Origin: Carcharhinus amblyrhynchos
Taxonomy: Eukaryota
Length of the DNA: 64,000 nt
Reading direction: 5' to 3'
Assembly (NCBI GenBank): GCA_965287045.1
Contig: OZ336872.1
Span: forward strand, 46,066,001 to 46,130,000
This document shows positions 38,390 to 50,499 of the stretch, one piece after another. The notes beneath the pieces were generated by a model, which was not told the origin of the DNA, searched no databases, and was given only the letters and a program-made list of their open reading frames with translations. Numbering within the stretch: the stretch's first letter is position 1; each line of letters begins with the position of its first letter. Position numbers and translations under genes: made by a program.

Positions 38390-38915
38390 TTTTGTAAATT
38401 CAGTCTTTGGATGTGACCATTGTTAACAGGGCCAGAATGTGTTATCCATCCTTAATTACATGTGAGAAGATAGTGGTGAGCCACCTTCTTGAGACACGAC
38501 TGTCAGTGTGAAGCAGGTACACCAGAGTGCTGCTGGGAAGGGCATTCCAGCTTTTTGATCCAACGACAGTGGTGATGTAGTTCAAAGTCAGGATGGCGTG
38601 TGACTTTGAGGGGAACTCAAAAGTTGTGGAAAGCTTTGGGGAGTTGAGAGGTGATTATTTGCCTCGGATTCTCAGCCTCTGAGCTGGGAGTTCTCCTGCA
38701 AGCGCACACCATCCCGACTTGGAACTGTATCACTGTTCCTTCATTATTGTGGGATCAAAATCTTGGAACATCTATCCCTGCACCACTGTGGATGGACTTG
38801 CACCAGAAGGACTCCAGTGTTCAAGACAACAACTCAACGTCACCACCTCAAGTGCAATTATGGATGGGAAACAAATACTAGACTTGCTTGCAACAGCCAG
38901 TTCCCAAAAAAGGAA
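38390..38915. mobile_element. Two opposed 3' fragments of the CR1-group LINE seen at 36130
   Basis: 38390-38630 (-) and 38700-38915 (+) both match the tail region of 36770-37005. Confidence 0.6.
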
Positions 38916-40433
38916 AATACAAGTTGTTTTTGCTGTTAAATTATTTCTTTTTTCCTCTTTGGATATGAAGTTTTACATCCAGCTTGTTATAATAGGAAAA
39001 GTCAATTGTGGGATGTTCCATGTTTACACAAATTGACCAATGATTACTAGTTCTATTGATATTAAATTCAGAACATAACTTGGCTTCAACTCACTATTCT
39101 GAAGGATATTGAATGATCATCATGGTTATTACTTTGGTGATAATGGAAGATGCTCACTTGTTCTAATTTGCAACTGTCCGCCAATAGCAACACACGGTCC
39201 AACACGGCAGTTGTAGTTTAATGAAAATTGATTGTGCATTTTGTCCTCTTAAGGCTACCGTATACATATGCCATCAGAGTGTGTCCAGGAGGAGAATAAA
39301 GGTATCCATATTTTAAAAGCATGTGCAGTTCCAATTCTGAACTTCACAATGGCAGGTACAGAATTCTATTCACAATATTCAATTGCAGCTTTTTGCTGAG
39401 GCACTAGTTGATTTTTTTCCACTGTGGTTGGAAACAGTTTTTTTCTGATATCACATTGCATTGCTCTCCCTTAAAATATTGGCAATGATGCCAACTTGCT
39501 ATGAATTGAGCTGCTTCCTATTTACTAACACATCGATGTTTTGATCCCATAAGTTATACAAAAATAACTGGCAAGCAAGCAAGCAGAACAAAGCATCAAT
39601 CACCAAATGTCAAAATGATCTCAAGGTAGGCTTTGGACAGAAAGTTCTGAATAAGATCTCTGCAACTTGTAATTAAATCACCTTTCCTAATGCCACCCTC
39701 ACATTTCGCAAGGTGCATCTTTAAGCTTGCATTAAATAAATGTAATCATGCAACTGTAACTGCAAAAATACTATGTACACAGGTGAAAGAATCGGAGTTC
39801 AGAACACTATTGCTTTGAGCTGGCCATCACCTCTCTTAGCAAGCCCTACAAAGCAGCAGCAAAATTACAACAATAGCTAAAACTGCTGTTTCCGCAGAAA
39901 TGATCCTGTCATCCTCTTAACACCGAGCTCTTTTTCTGTATGATTACTGGATTTGGTTCTGAGCAACTAAATGTCACTTGTAATATTTCCACCAGAGGAT
40001 ATGGTAGAAAATTGAATAAAATGACTAGCAATTTCTACAAAATTTTGATATTGCTTCTGCTGGAGACTTGAAGCTGATAATATAAACAGATATTCAATAG
40101 CTGATAGAAGTCATTGGGGAATCTTTTTTTTATGATGGAATTTATTTTTCTGATGTGTAGACTCAATTTTCAAATATATGGAACCAATTATAGTTATGGA
40201 GTGCAGTTATGATATTGCAATTTTTTAGAAAGGGCATTTTGCAAGTCATATTTTGTTAAGTTCAGATGTAGTTTAAAGACCATTTCTAAAATGGACGCCA
40301 AGGAGCCGCGTGACATTTTGTTCTGGATTTGGGCTAGACCCTGTTCAGTCAGACAGACAGGAAACATCCTTAGTTACATAGATTCAAAAATTCAATGAAT
40401 GTTTCAAAAAGAGTCAAATGGAACAGACTGAAT

Positions 40434-41685
40434 GGGTGGATTTTCCTCCAAACACAATGAGGCTGAATTTTTAACCTCGTCTTGCCCATTGTTCAGCAAG
40501 GTCAGGTGATACAGTTGGATCAGAGGCAAAAAATCAGAAACGTGCCTGGTTTCGCACCTCCCCTATTGTACTAGTCCTGCTTTGCTGGCAAACTCAATTT
40601 AAACATTTATAACATGTTTTACATGTGATTAGTGAGTCTCGAACACTATTGTCCAAGCAAATTTGCACTTACCTCCTTGCCTGTCACAGCTGGTCTCCAT
40701 CGGCAGAAACGAGACGTGATGCCTCGCTGGAGGAATTGGAAGCCCCCAGGGGGTGGGGTCAGTGCCAGGTAGTGCCCATGGGACGGTACCAGCCTGGCAG
40801 GGCCCAGTTGGCACAGCCGACCTGGGGTCAGAACCAGGCAGTGCCCACCTGGCCCAGCCGACCTGGGGTCAGAGCCAGGCAGTGCCCATGGGACAGCGCC
40901 AGCCTGGCAGTGTCCACCAAGCACCATAACTGTGCAGGGACAGTGCCAAGGGGGGTGGGGCCTGGGTGGGGCCTGAGAGGGGGTGGGGCCTGAGTGGGGG
41001 CAGGGCAATGGCAGGGGGAGACAAGGGTGGGGAGTTCCGCAGAGGTGTTAATCCGTGAGGGTGGGAACACTGCAGGGTGTGATGATCAGGGAGGGGAGGG
41101 AAGGGAAACTCTTCAGGGAAATGATTGGGTAGAGAATGGAACTCTGCAGAGGGGCTGATTGGTGGGGAATGGTGGCAATATCCATAGGGAGGAGACTGGC
41201 ATACAGGGAGAATGGGGATAGGAGGGTTAAACTGGCACAGGAAGCGATCAGTGGGGCATCCCAATGTCGGTTGGGGAGCGGTGGCGTGACAGAAGATCTC
41301 CCAGTGCACTGGGAAATCGGGATGCCTGCAGATCCCCCCCCCCCACCACCCCCCCCACCCCACCCCCCCCACCCCCCCACCCCCCCCACCCCACCCCACT
41401 CCACTCCCACCCCCCCCACTCCACTCCCACCCCCCCCACCCCACTCCCACTCCACCCCCACCCCCCCCACCACCCCCACCCCACCCCCTCCACCACCCCC
41501 ACCCCACCCCCTCCACCCCCACCCCCACCCCACCCCCTCCACCCCCACCTGACAAGAATCACATCTGGCACTTTCTTTTACACTAGGTGCCATAAGTTTG
41601 CAGCTCACCCCAAAACCAATACGATTCTCCCCCATTTTCTTGCTCATTCAGCACCTAGAATTATTTTTTCTCAGACTGTGCCCTA
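40434..41685. mobile_element. Harbinger-type non-autonomous element with internal tandem repeats
   Basis: gggtggattttcc / ggctgaattttt start, ..cagactgtgccc end; GC-rich core with repeated ggcagtgcc units. Confidence 0.6.
41334..41549. repeat. C-rich low-complexity tract, (CCCCA/CCCCCA)n-like
   Basis: 216 nt almost entirely C with interspersed A/T. Confidence 0.95.
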
Positions 41686-42036
41686 TATTTAATAAAATGG
41701 AGCATGAAGGCATTGCCTGTGTAGACCATGTAATCCTGCAGTTAGGATAACCACTGAATAAGTAGTTATCTATTGTTACAGTAAAGAGTCTCTTCAGTAC
41801 CTGAGCCATAAACTACAAACAGCATCTTACACTTTTGATCTTCATTGCTTCTGGTGCTTTTCGATTTTGCAGATTAGGACATATTAAGCTGACTACTTTA
41901 TATACTGTGACTGATTAGGAATGCACTGATGGTATTTAACTTCACATGTGCCTTGCTCAAAGATTAAAACATCTAGTGTCATACTTCACTAGTTTAATCT
42001 TGAATTAACAGGGCCCAAATAAAAGCTTTGACACAA

Positions 42037-42218
42037 ATAGAATCACAAAATTTCTACATTGCAAAAACAGGCCATTTGGCCCATCAGGTCATCACCAACT
42101 CTCTGAACAGATCATCCCACCAGACCCAATTCTAATAACTCAATGTATTTATCCCGCTAATTCCCCTAATCTATACATTTTGGGGCACTAAGGGGCAATT
42201 GAGCTTGGCCAATCAACT
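42037..42218 (-). mobile_element. HE1-type SINE 3' half
   Basis: atagaatc..ggccatttggcccatc..cactaaggggcaatt..ggccaatc. Confidence 0.75.
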
Positions 42219-42984
42219 TCCCACTTTTCCATCAGGAGCTTCCTCACAGCTGAAGAAATCTTGTCGAATTGAATGGTGAAATGAGACCTGTTGTGTGACC
42301 AGTTTAAACATTTCTGAAACAGTGAAGAGCAATGACTTAGAGTTTAATGTTAAATGATGGTTAATATATGGGGAGCAGGCTGAAACTGTCAAAATGCTTT
42401 TTCAGATCTTCACATGATGCCAGTGAGTAAATTCCCATGTGCTGGATTCAAAGAATTGAAAGGACCGTCAGGCTTACTGTTAGTATCAGTGGCATTAACT
42501 GATTCCACTTCACATGAGAGACAGAGAAATGGGAGTGGTACCAAAAACGCTTGGTGATTAAACATTTTTAATTGTGATTCTTTTTTCCTGGAACCAAGCA
42601 CTGTGCCATTGGATGGGTGAAGGTGCAGCATTGAGGAAATTCCCAATGGGAGACAGTAAACATGTAATTGAACCCTTCACCTGGAGAATCTTATCTGGTT
42701 GAAAACCATCAGTTGACCTTTAACCCTGTGCCCTGGCATAATGGGTGCTGAGTCAAACAATAGCAATTTCAAATATTGGATGGAATCCATCCTGCTGAGA
42801 TCAATGGAGTTTTGAACAGCTCACTGCATTTTATAGCCCAGCCATTGCCGTGACAGGAGCTGTAAAATTCCACTCTTTTTTTAAAAAACATCAGTTTTGA
42901 ACTGATTCATTTTCGTGTTGTACAGAAAATGTGTTCAATCTGCTTTCTGATGAACCTGCAGTGGTTTGATGACACAAATATATT

Positions 42985-43890
42985 GGGGGTGATTTCCGAT
43001 TTTACAGCACCTGGCGCAGATCATGCAGAATAGTGTGCAGGCCAAAAATTAGCCTTGTAGCTGGGCACTGCCACTGTGCCAGGGTGGAGTATGCAAAGGG
43101 GGCGTCTCAAGGATGATGAAGGAAGGACATGTCGGGGGTCATGAGGGGAGCATGTTAAGGGTCCTGAAGAGGAACCCATTGGGAGGGCCCCGATGTTCGT
43201 GATCTGTGCTGGGGAAGAGAACATGCCACCGTTTTGTGTGTGTGTGTGTGTGTGTGTGGGGGTGGGGGGGGGGGGGGCGCGGGGGGGATGCTCCCAATAT
43301 CCCTGGAGAGAGGGAGGGGTTCTCTCAATGCGCTGTGCAGACTCCTTCTAAAGTGGCACCTGATCATTTTGCAGCCAAGCTCACTGGCATGTTCATGCTT
43401 TGCCCCTCCCAGAACCAGCACGCAACTCACCAATCTCCCAAAAAATGACAAAGTGTGGGACCATTGTGGCTGGACCATGTCACTCTAGTTTTCACATTAT
43501 TGACACATAGGGCATAATCTTACCATGCCGCTGCACCCAGTGATTAGGGTGGTGAGCTGGGTAAATAGCATGCAAAACTAAAAATCCAATTTGCATCTGG
43601 CATGAAACAGTTTGCTAGATTCCTGGCCCCTTTTTAATGGCAAGAACTACTTCGGGCATGAGCTTTTTAGCATGAATTTGACTGGATTTCAATACCATTA
43701 GTGAGTTGGATACAAAATCACCTCCTTCCTGAATGCTTCCCACTCCTCTGGCGCAATGCCATACCGATGCAAATCATGACTGCTCTTTTAAAGTGTAGTT
43801 CAGGCACAGCAGTGACGAAGAAGAACAAGGAGGTGAGTACAAGTGAGCACCAACCCCTGGATAACAGGGGGGCAGGGTTTAAGCCACTGT
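42985..43890. mobile_element. Harbinger-type element fragments with (TG)n and G-run at 43234-43288
   Basis: TIR-like gggggtgatttccg and gggcataatcttacc; similarity to 40434-41685 and 52330-53500. Confidence 0.55.
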
Positions 43891-44226
43891 CATAGAAACC
43901 CTACAGTGTAGAAAGAGGCCATTTGACCCATCGAGTCTGCACCAACCACAATTCCACCCAGGCCCTACCACCATATCCCTACATATTTTCCTTCTAATCC
44001 CTCTAACCTACACATCTTGGGACACTAAGGGGCAATTTTAACATGGCCAATCAACCTAACCCACACATCTTTGGACTGTGGGAGGAAACTGGAGCACCCA
44101 GAGGAAACCCATGCAGACACGGGGAGAATGTGCAAACTCCACACAGACAGTGACCCAAGCCGGGAATTGAACCCAGGTCCCTGGAAATGTGAAGCAGCAG
44201 TGCTAACCACTGTGCTACCGTGCCGG
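43890..44226 (-). mobile_element. Full-length HE1-type V-SINE
   Basis: Near-consensus head cggcacggtagcacagtggttagcactgctg..gggttcaattcccggc, V-domain, tail ..ctgtagggtttctatga. Confidence 0.95.
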
Positions 44227-46334
44227 AGTCATGCTACAGAGTGGACCACTTTTACATGCAATGATCACAATTCCAAAGCCACAATGAAAGACAGTATAGA
44301 TTATTAACTTTATATGTTTACATAAACATATAAATTATATTCTACCTAGTAATAGTACATCTAAAAATGTACAAATTAACTATAAGGAGGGGAAACATGG
44401 AACCTGTCTTTTGCAGATAAGATGGCAATGAAAATGTACTCAATTTTATTGTAGAGCTGAATACACTTGAACCATTTTAGGACTGATGTACAGAAAGGAC
44501 ATGGCTGAATATTGCTTGAATTCTCACAGGAATGCTTCTATAAGGGAAATCACACCAATTATGCTTGACTGAAGATAATTCTGATCAAGGGCATGTAAAA
44601 GTTTAATCTCATAGCAAATAATTTGCATATGATAAATTCAGCTATCAGTAAAAACAATAATTTATATGGCTATAGATTTTTACTTTACCAAGTCTGAATT
44701 TCAACAATTTCCTTATAAATAATCCAACATTTGGAAAAGACTAATTGTACAAATGTTGTATTATTGCACACCCTTACAAAACAATAATCATTTCTTATCA
44801 TTGCCCTTATTTTCTTTTGATGGCAAGGCCTGACAACAGATGGTAGAAGTGAACAGGAGGGAGATTGGAGATTATACCACTTAAATTGTTTTCACTGTGG
44901 CCTGAATTATATTATTATTATATGAGGTTCATTCCTGGCAAGGAAAGTCATGAAAAGTTGCTAAAAACATTTCATTGTTAGATTTCCTCCACTTCATGGA
45001 ACAATTTCACCTAACAAAAACAACTGCTTGTGATTAATTTGCATTTATTTGAAAGCAAGGGACTAATGAATGTATTTTGATTGGGTGCAGTCAAATGCAT
45101 CAGATATTCTGAGGAGATGTTATGTGATGATAACAGAGAATATTATTTTCTAATTAATGTACTTTAATTCTTCTACTGTTGAATAAATGGAAACTGCACT
45201 TTGAAAGATAAAGCTTTTTTAGGGTTCACATCATGGTGCACCATTCTCCTTAACCATATGCTCTGAGACATATTCTTCTTAATACTTCTCGTGTTCAGTT
45301 ATCTGACTTAATGCAACAGTTCTAAAACTCGAAATGAAGTACATCACTCTCCAAGTGCCATGATAAGTACTTAACCCTAATTGCATCATAAGTGTTTGCT
45401 GTGTTTTCAAAACAAATACACTTCCAAATAATTCAATTTTCTGTGCTCCACTATGTAGCACAACATATCCTCTAATTCAACAGGCAGCCAGTGGAACACA
45501 TGTGCTCACTGACATAATCCAAAACCACTGCATTTGGAATGCATCTGTTCCTTATCACTTATTTGTGCATTCAGGCTAGTTCTGGTTGACAAATCATGAG
45601 CTATCTTCGTCATCCATTCTATACAAAGCAATTGCTAAACCATGAGAGAATTCAGGTTGAAATCTGGACAGAAAGATTGCAGCTCCTGTTGTGATCAGTC
45701 TGAAATTGAACTCTCGTTATGCCAATAAGGAGGATTGGACAAGTCTTGGCAATGAGGCAAAGGATAATTCTAATTGCTACCCAAGTGCTTCTATGGAGGT
45801 CAAATGACTCAAAGAATGACTGAATCTCATATCATCAGGGCCTCACTGATTCACCAAAACACTCTTTATATTCCATGTACTTTCAAATATCCAAACAAGC
45901 CATTCACATACTTGTATGTTAAGGAGCATTGTTAACTCATACTCCCACTCTTACAGTGAGGGATAATTCTAGGGATTTGGAGGCATTGATTCAGGAATAG
46001 CCATTTGGCCCATCAAACCAAGATCCCAAATGAATCTTCCCTGTAAACAGATATTTTCAATCCAAAAGCACATGCCCTTTCTCTATATTCCTAAATGGTG
46101 TTCCATGTTAATAGCTTGTTACTTGTTAATAAGTTTAATTACTTCTCCGTCTTTGCCCCATCTGCATTCCAAATCTGCATAAGGTCTTGTAAGAAGGTAC
46201 ATTCTTATCAAAAGGTACAATCTTTGGAATACTCTTTTAATAGGCTTAGTTCTATAGGCGTAAAATATGATAAATTCAGCAATGAGGTGAAATACTTCCA
46301 CATATCCTTGATTAGAATAATCTTCAACCAAACA

Positions 46335-46545
46335 AACTATCTGGTTCACTCATGTCCTTTCGGGAAGGAAATCTGCCAGCCTTTCTTGGTCTGACCAACA
46401 CGTGACTCCCAGCCCACAGCAATGTGGTTAACTCTTAACTGCTTTCTGAAATTGCTTAGCAAGGCACTCAGTTCAAAGGCAATTAAGAATGGACAACAAA
46501 TGATGACCCAGCAAGCAATGCACATACCCCGTGAATTAATAAAGA
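46335..46545 (+). mobile_element. SINE/LINE 3' fragment sharing its tail with the 36130 LINE
   Basis: ctggttcactcatgtcctttcgggaaggaaatctgcc..gcaattaagaatggacaac..gtgaattaataaag. Confidence 0.6.
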
Positions 46546-46549
46546 AAAG

Positions 46550-47420
46550 AGGTCACAGAATCATTGAATTGCTACACCACAGGAGGTCGTCATTTGGTCA
46601 CTGTGTCTGCGCCAGCTCACTAAACCAGCATCATGACTTTCTGCTATTCCCTGTACTCATATACATTGTTTCTATTTGAGTAATCATCTAATGCCCCTGA
46701 AAGCCTCGATTAAACCTGACCTCACTGCATTTGCAGGTTATGCATTCCAGATTCAAATCACACGCTGTGGTTTTTATTTTTCACGTCACATTTGCACCTT
46801 TTGCAAATCACTTTAAATCTGTAGCCTCGCCCTTTCGATCCTTCACAGGTGGGAGCGGTTATTCCCTATTCACTCTGTCTAGCCTTCTCACAGGGTGGAA
46901 ATCTCTGCCATGTTTCTAGCGGTGCGATTTCCCATTGACTCCAGCAAGTTAGTTAGACACAATTTCCCCTTTAGAAATCGATGTTGGCTGTTCTGAATCA
47001 ACCCACATTATTTTCCATTTGACTACTAATTCTATCCTAAATAATTGTTTCTCAAAGTTTGCCTACAATTGATGTTAAACTGACTAGTTTGTAACTGGAT
47101 GCTAATATTCCAGTCTTCATATGTGATTTCCCTTTAAAATCCATAATTGGCCCTATTCCTGTTTTTACCGCCTTTTTACTATTTATGTACCTACAGTCTA
47201 CTTTGGGTTCCCCATTATGTTGGCTGCTATTCATTCTCATAATCCCTCTTGGTTTCTGTAATGTGCATTTTCACCCCCACCCTCCCACCCTGAACGTTAT
47301 ATCTTCCTCTTGGCTCTCAGCTTTATTTTCTACCTGATACCTGTCATAAGCACACTTTTCCTTCCTTACCTTAATTTTCATATGCTCCTTCTTATCCAGG
47401 GAGTTCTGGATATAATTGAG
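46550..47420 (-). mobile_element. Degraded CR1 fragments
   Basis: SYKLVSLTSIVGKL motif, YINSKK..KTGIGP; reverse CR1 tail at 46555. Confidence 0.7.
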
Positions 47421-48710
47421 TTGAAGTGATTTACCTGAAAGAAGCAGGCCTTGGAAAACTGAATCAATAATTGTCATGTCCTCTCTGCACATCAGTCACA
47501 AAATGTTATATCTATATTCAGTTCTGCAACTGAACTGAGCAAGTCTTCATAGCCATCTTGTCATTCCATATCACATCTCTCAATTTCCTTCAAATCCCAT
47601 ACCCTTAACCTTGATGAACATTGTAGGGAGTATTGGAAGAATATTTAGCAAGCTTATAGGCCCATCTTGAACTTGGCATCAAGTCCTTATTTGGGAGTTG
47701 CACCCAGAGCCTTCTATTTCAGAAGCAGGGGTACTATGAACCGAGACATAACATCCAGCCCTTGATCTCCAGTGAATGAAATTCAAGCTTACTCAACCTC
47801 TTATCATGGCTAAATTCCTTCATTCCAGTTATCATTCCTGAATTGTTGATGGACTTTTTCCAAAGCCAATATATCCATTTTTGACTGCAGTGCCCATAGC
47901 TCAAGCTGCATCCACTGCGGAAGGATGGAATCCTTGTTAGTAGAATTAGTTATAACTGCAGAATTCCTACCTCTGAGCTGGAAGACTGTTCAACTTGCAT
48001 GCCAGGACTTGTTGGCCAAGGGAGGAGTGTTCAAGATATAATCTATCAGTTTGATAGATGAAGTTTGACTAGCACTCCATACAAGCCCTTGCTTTATTGT
48101 TTTGTAAAGCAGCAAAGTATCCCATTATAATTCTTTGCTTCGATATTATACACTGCTTGTGGTGATGCTCAATATCCAATTAGTTTTCCTGATTCTGTTT
48201 GCCATCTGCGACCTAGTTTTTAATAACTTATGTACCTAGGTCCCTTTATTCATCTACCCCCTAGTGCTTCCTTATTCAGACAGTATTTCCATTTACAATG
48301 CTTATGTTCAAAATGTGCTACCTCATTCTTTGCTGGATCTGATATTGTTCCATCTATTTACTTTACCTTCATTTTTCTGTAATTTCTTGCTCTAATTTTC
48401 ATAATTTTGCACATTTGGATACATTCCCCATATTTCCAAATCCAAGTACGTAATGTAGTAGAATAAAAAGCCAGATCCTAGCAGCTATTTCTGAAGAAAA
48501 TGACTTGTCACTGCCTTTCAATTTAAGAATGCCACTGTTATTCCAGCTAAGTTCCATGTCTTAAGGTTCTCTCTAAATTCCATGCTCCTCAATTCACGGA
48601 ATAAATTATTGTGCAGTATCTTATCAACAGTTTCCCAAAATTCAATTCTATGATGTTTATTGTTTCTCTTCTGTGCATTGGTTCAGTGGCTCTGTCAGAA
48701 AATCCTAGTT

Positions 48711-48806
48711 ATGATGTGGAGATATCGGCATTGACTGAGGTAAACACAGCAAGAAGTCTCACAACAACTGCCTTTAACCTGGTGTTGTGAGACTTCTTAC
48801 TGTGTA
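48711..48806. mobile_element. Second, smaller Penelope-derived hairpin element (opposite orientation to 37934)
   Basis: atgatgtggagat..taaacacagcaagaagtctcacaaca / tgttgtgagacttcttactgtgt; aatcctag at 48701-48708 and 48810-48817. Confidence 0.75.
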
Positions 48807-49654
48807 AAGAATCCTAGGACATGGGGACAAAATATAATTGATTGGAAACAATGTACAGCCAAACCCATGATCGAAATCCCATGGCTCTAATACTGCTCAA
48901 ACAGGGTTCTAGTCAACAATAAAGAGGATTATCAATTTTGGCTTGCACCACTTGTCTGACTTTTTGAGACCAAATTTCTATAGCCCTCTGTAACATTTAA
49001 ATCAGCATCTGAAATCAACAGCAAGAAAATTGCTTTGAGCAGTGTTTCTGTCAAATTCCACTCTGCCATTTTTAATTGCTATGTTAAATAGACCAATGTC
49101 ATTGTTAAAATAGTGGAGTGTGCAACTTAATACCAATAAGTTTAATATTCACAAAATATGATTTCACAATTCATGTTCAAGTTCCTATCCCCTTCAAGGC
49201 ATCTCATATTGGCTTTGCACCATTTAAGTTGCTTTTATACACCACTTGTTATATTGATTTGACGCTTTCTTGAGCAAAGACCCATGAAAAATAAGTTAGA
49301 ATAAAGACTGTACTGTTTGAAAAGCCACTTGGATAAATTGGCCTTTAGCTGCAGCCAGAACCCCAGAATTCTGCAGTGCCGTATAGCCAATTTTCCAAGC
49401 AATTTCTGCAGCAAGCTATGGCAATTGGAGGATTTCAGTGAACACAAGTGCTTCAAATAAACTTTGATCCTCAATTATTTTAAATGATAACGTTCCTTTG
49501 ACAATTTTGTCAATTGCATTCGTATGTGTGATCTGTGAATGCAGTTCACTCCCACTTTATAAATTAATAACTTTGGATGAAATAATTTTTGCCTTTTATT
49601 TTGTAGGTTATGAAGGTACAAAAAGCAAGCTAACCTTGAAATCCCTTCGAGCCA

Positions 49655-50185
49655 TAGGGGTTTACAGCATGGAAACAGGCTGTTCGGCACAACTTGCCCA
49701 TGCCTCTCTTTTTTTTAAACCACTAAGCTAATCCCAATTGCCCGCATTTGGCCCATATCCCTCTATATCCATCTTATCCACATGACTGTCTAAATGCTTT
49801 TTAAAAGACAAAATTGTACCCGCCTCTGTTACTACCTCTGGCAGCTTGTTCCAGACAGTCATCTCCTGCGTGAAAAAAATGCCTCTCTGAACCCTTTTGC
49901 ATCTCTCCCCTCTCACCTTAAACCTATGCCCTCTAGTTTTAGATTCCCCTACCTTTGGGAAAAGATGTTGACTATCTAGCTTATCTATGCCCCTCATTAA
50001 TTTATAGACCTCAATAAGATCACCCCTAAGCCTCCTACGCTCCAGGAAAAAAGTCCCAGGCCATCCAGCCTCTTATTAACAGCCAAACCATCAAGTTCCG
50101 ATAGCATCCTAGTGAATCTTTTCTGCACTCTTTCTAGTTTAATAATATACTTTCTATAATAGGGTGACCAGAATTGTATACAGTT
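49655..50185 (-). mobile_element. CR1 3' end
   Basis: MRGIDKLDSQHLFPKVGESKTRGHRFKVRGERCKRVQRGIFFTQ..WNKLP. Confidence 0.9.
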
Positions 50186-50499
50186 CTGGGTTTTACTAAG
50201 TCCAAAGCTTATAAATCTGCATTGACAGCAAAAATCTGTGATGTCACATGACTTTCCTCGGTAGATAGGCTTGAATTGCTTTTGAGATGAATAAATTTAT
50301 TCATATCTGATTAAAACTGTAAGGATTAGTAAGCAAATTAGAATGAGAAGAAATCTTTGTCTTTACTTGTGGCTTTAGAGAGGCTGAGCACTGTGGGAAT
50401 AGATAAATTATTTAAATTCTGAAACCCATCTCATAAATGGAAGAGGCTATAGATCCACAAAGCAGTATCTGTCAGGTAATGGCCGTGCAGTGAGTTATA

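Noticed and set aside
40755-40910. Repeat units superficially like a CRISPR array
   Set aside because: Eukaryotic context, no unique spacers, no cas genes; an internal minisatellite of a DNA transposon.
40869-41692. Longest ORFs in the track (Gly/Trp- and Pro/His-rich, up to 228 aa)
   Set aside because: Open only because the C-rich repeat lacks stop codons.
43890-44307. tRNA-like A/B boxes and repeated ORFs (DCGRKLEHPEETHADTGRMCKLHTDS)
   Set aside because: SINE heads and SINE-derived spurious ORFs, not tRNA genes or proteins; the same applies at 25856, 32062 and 33240.
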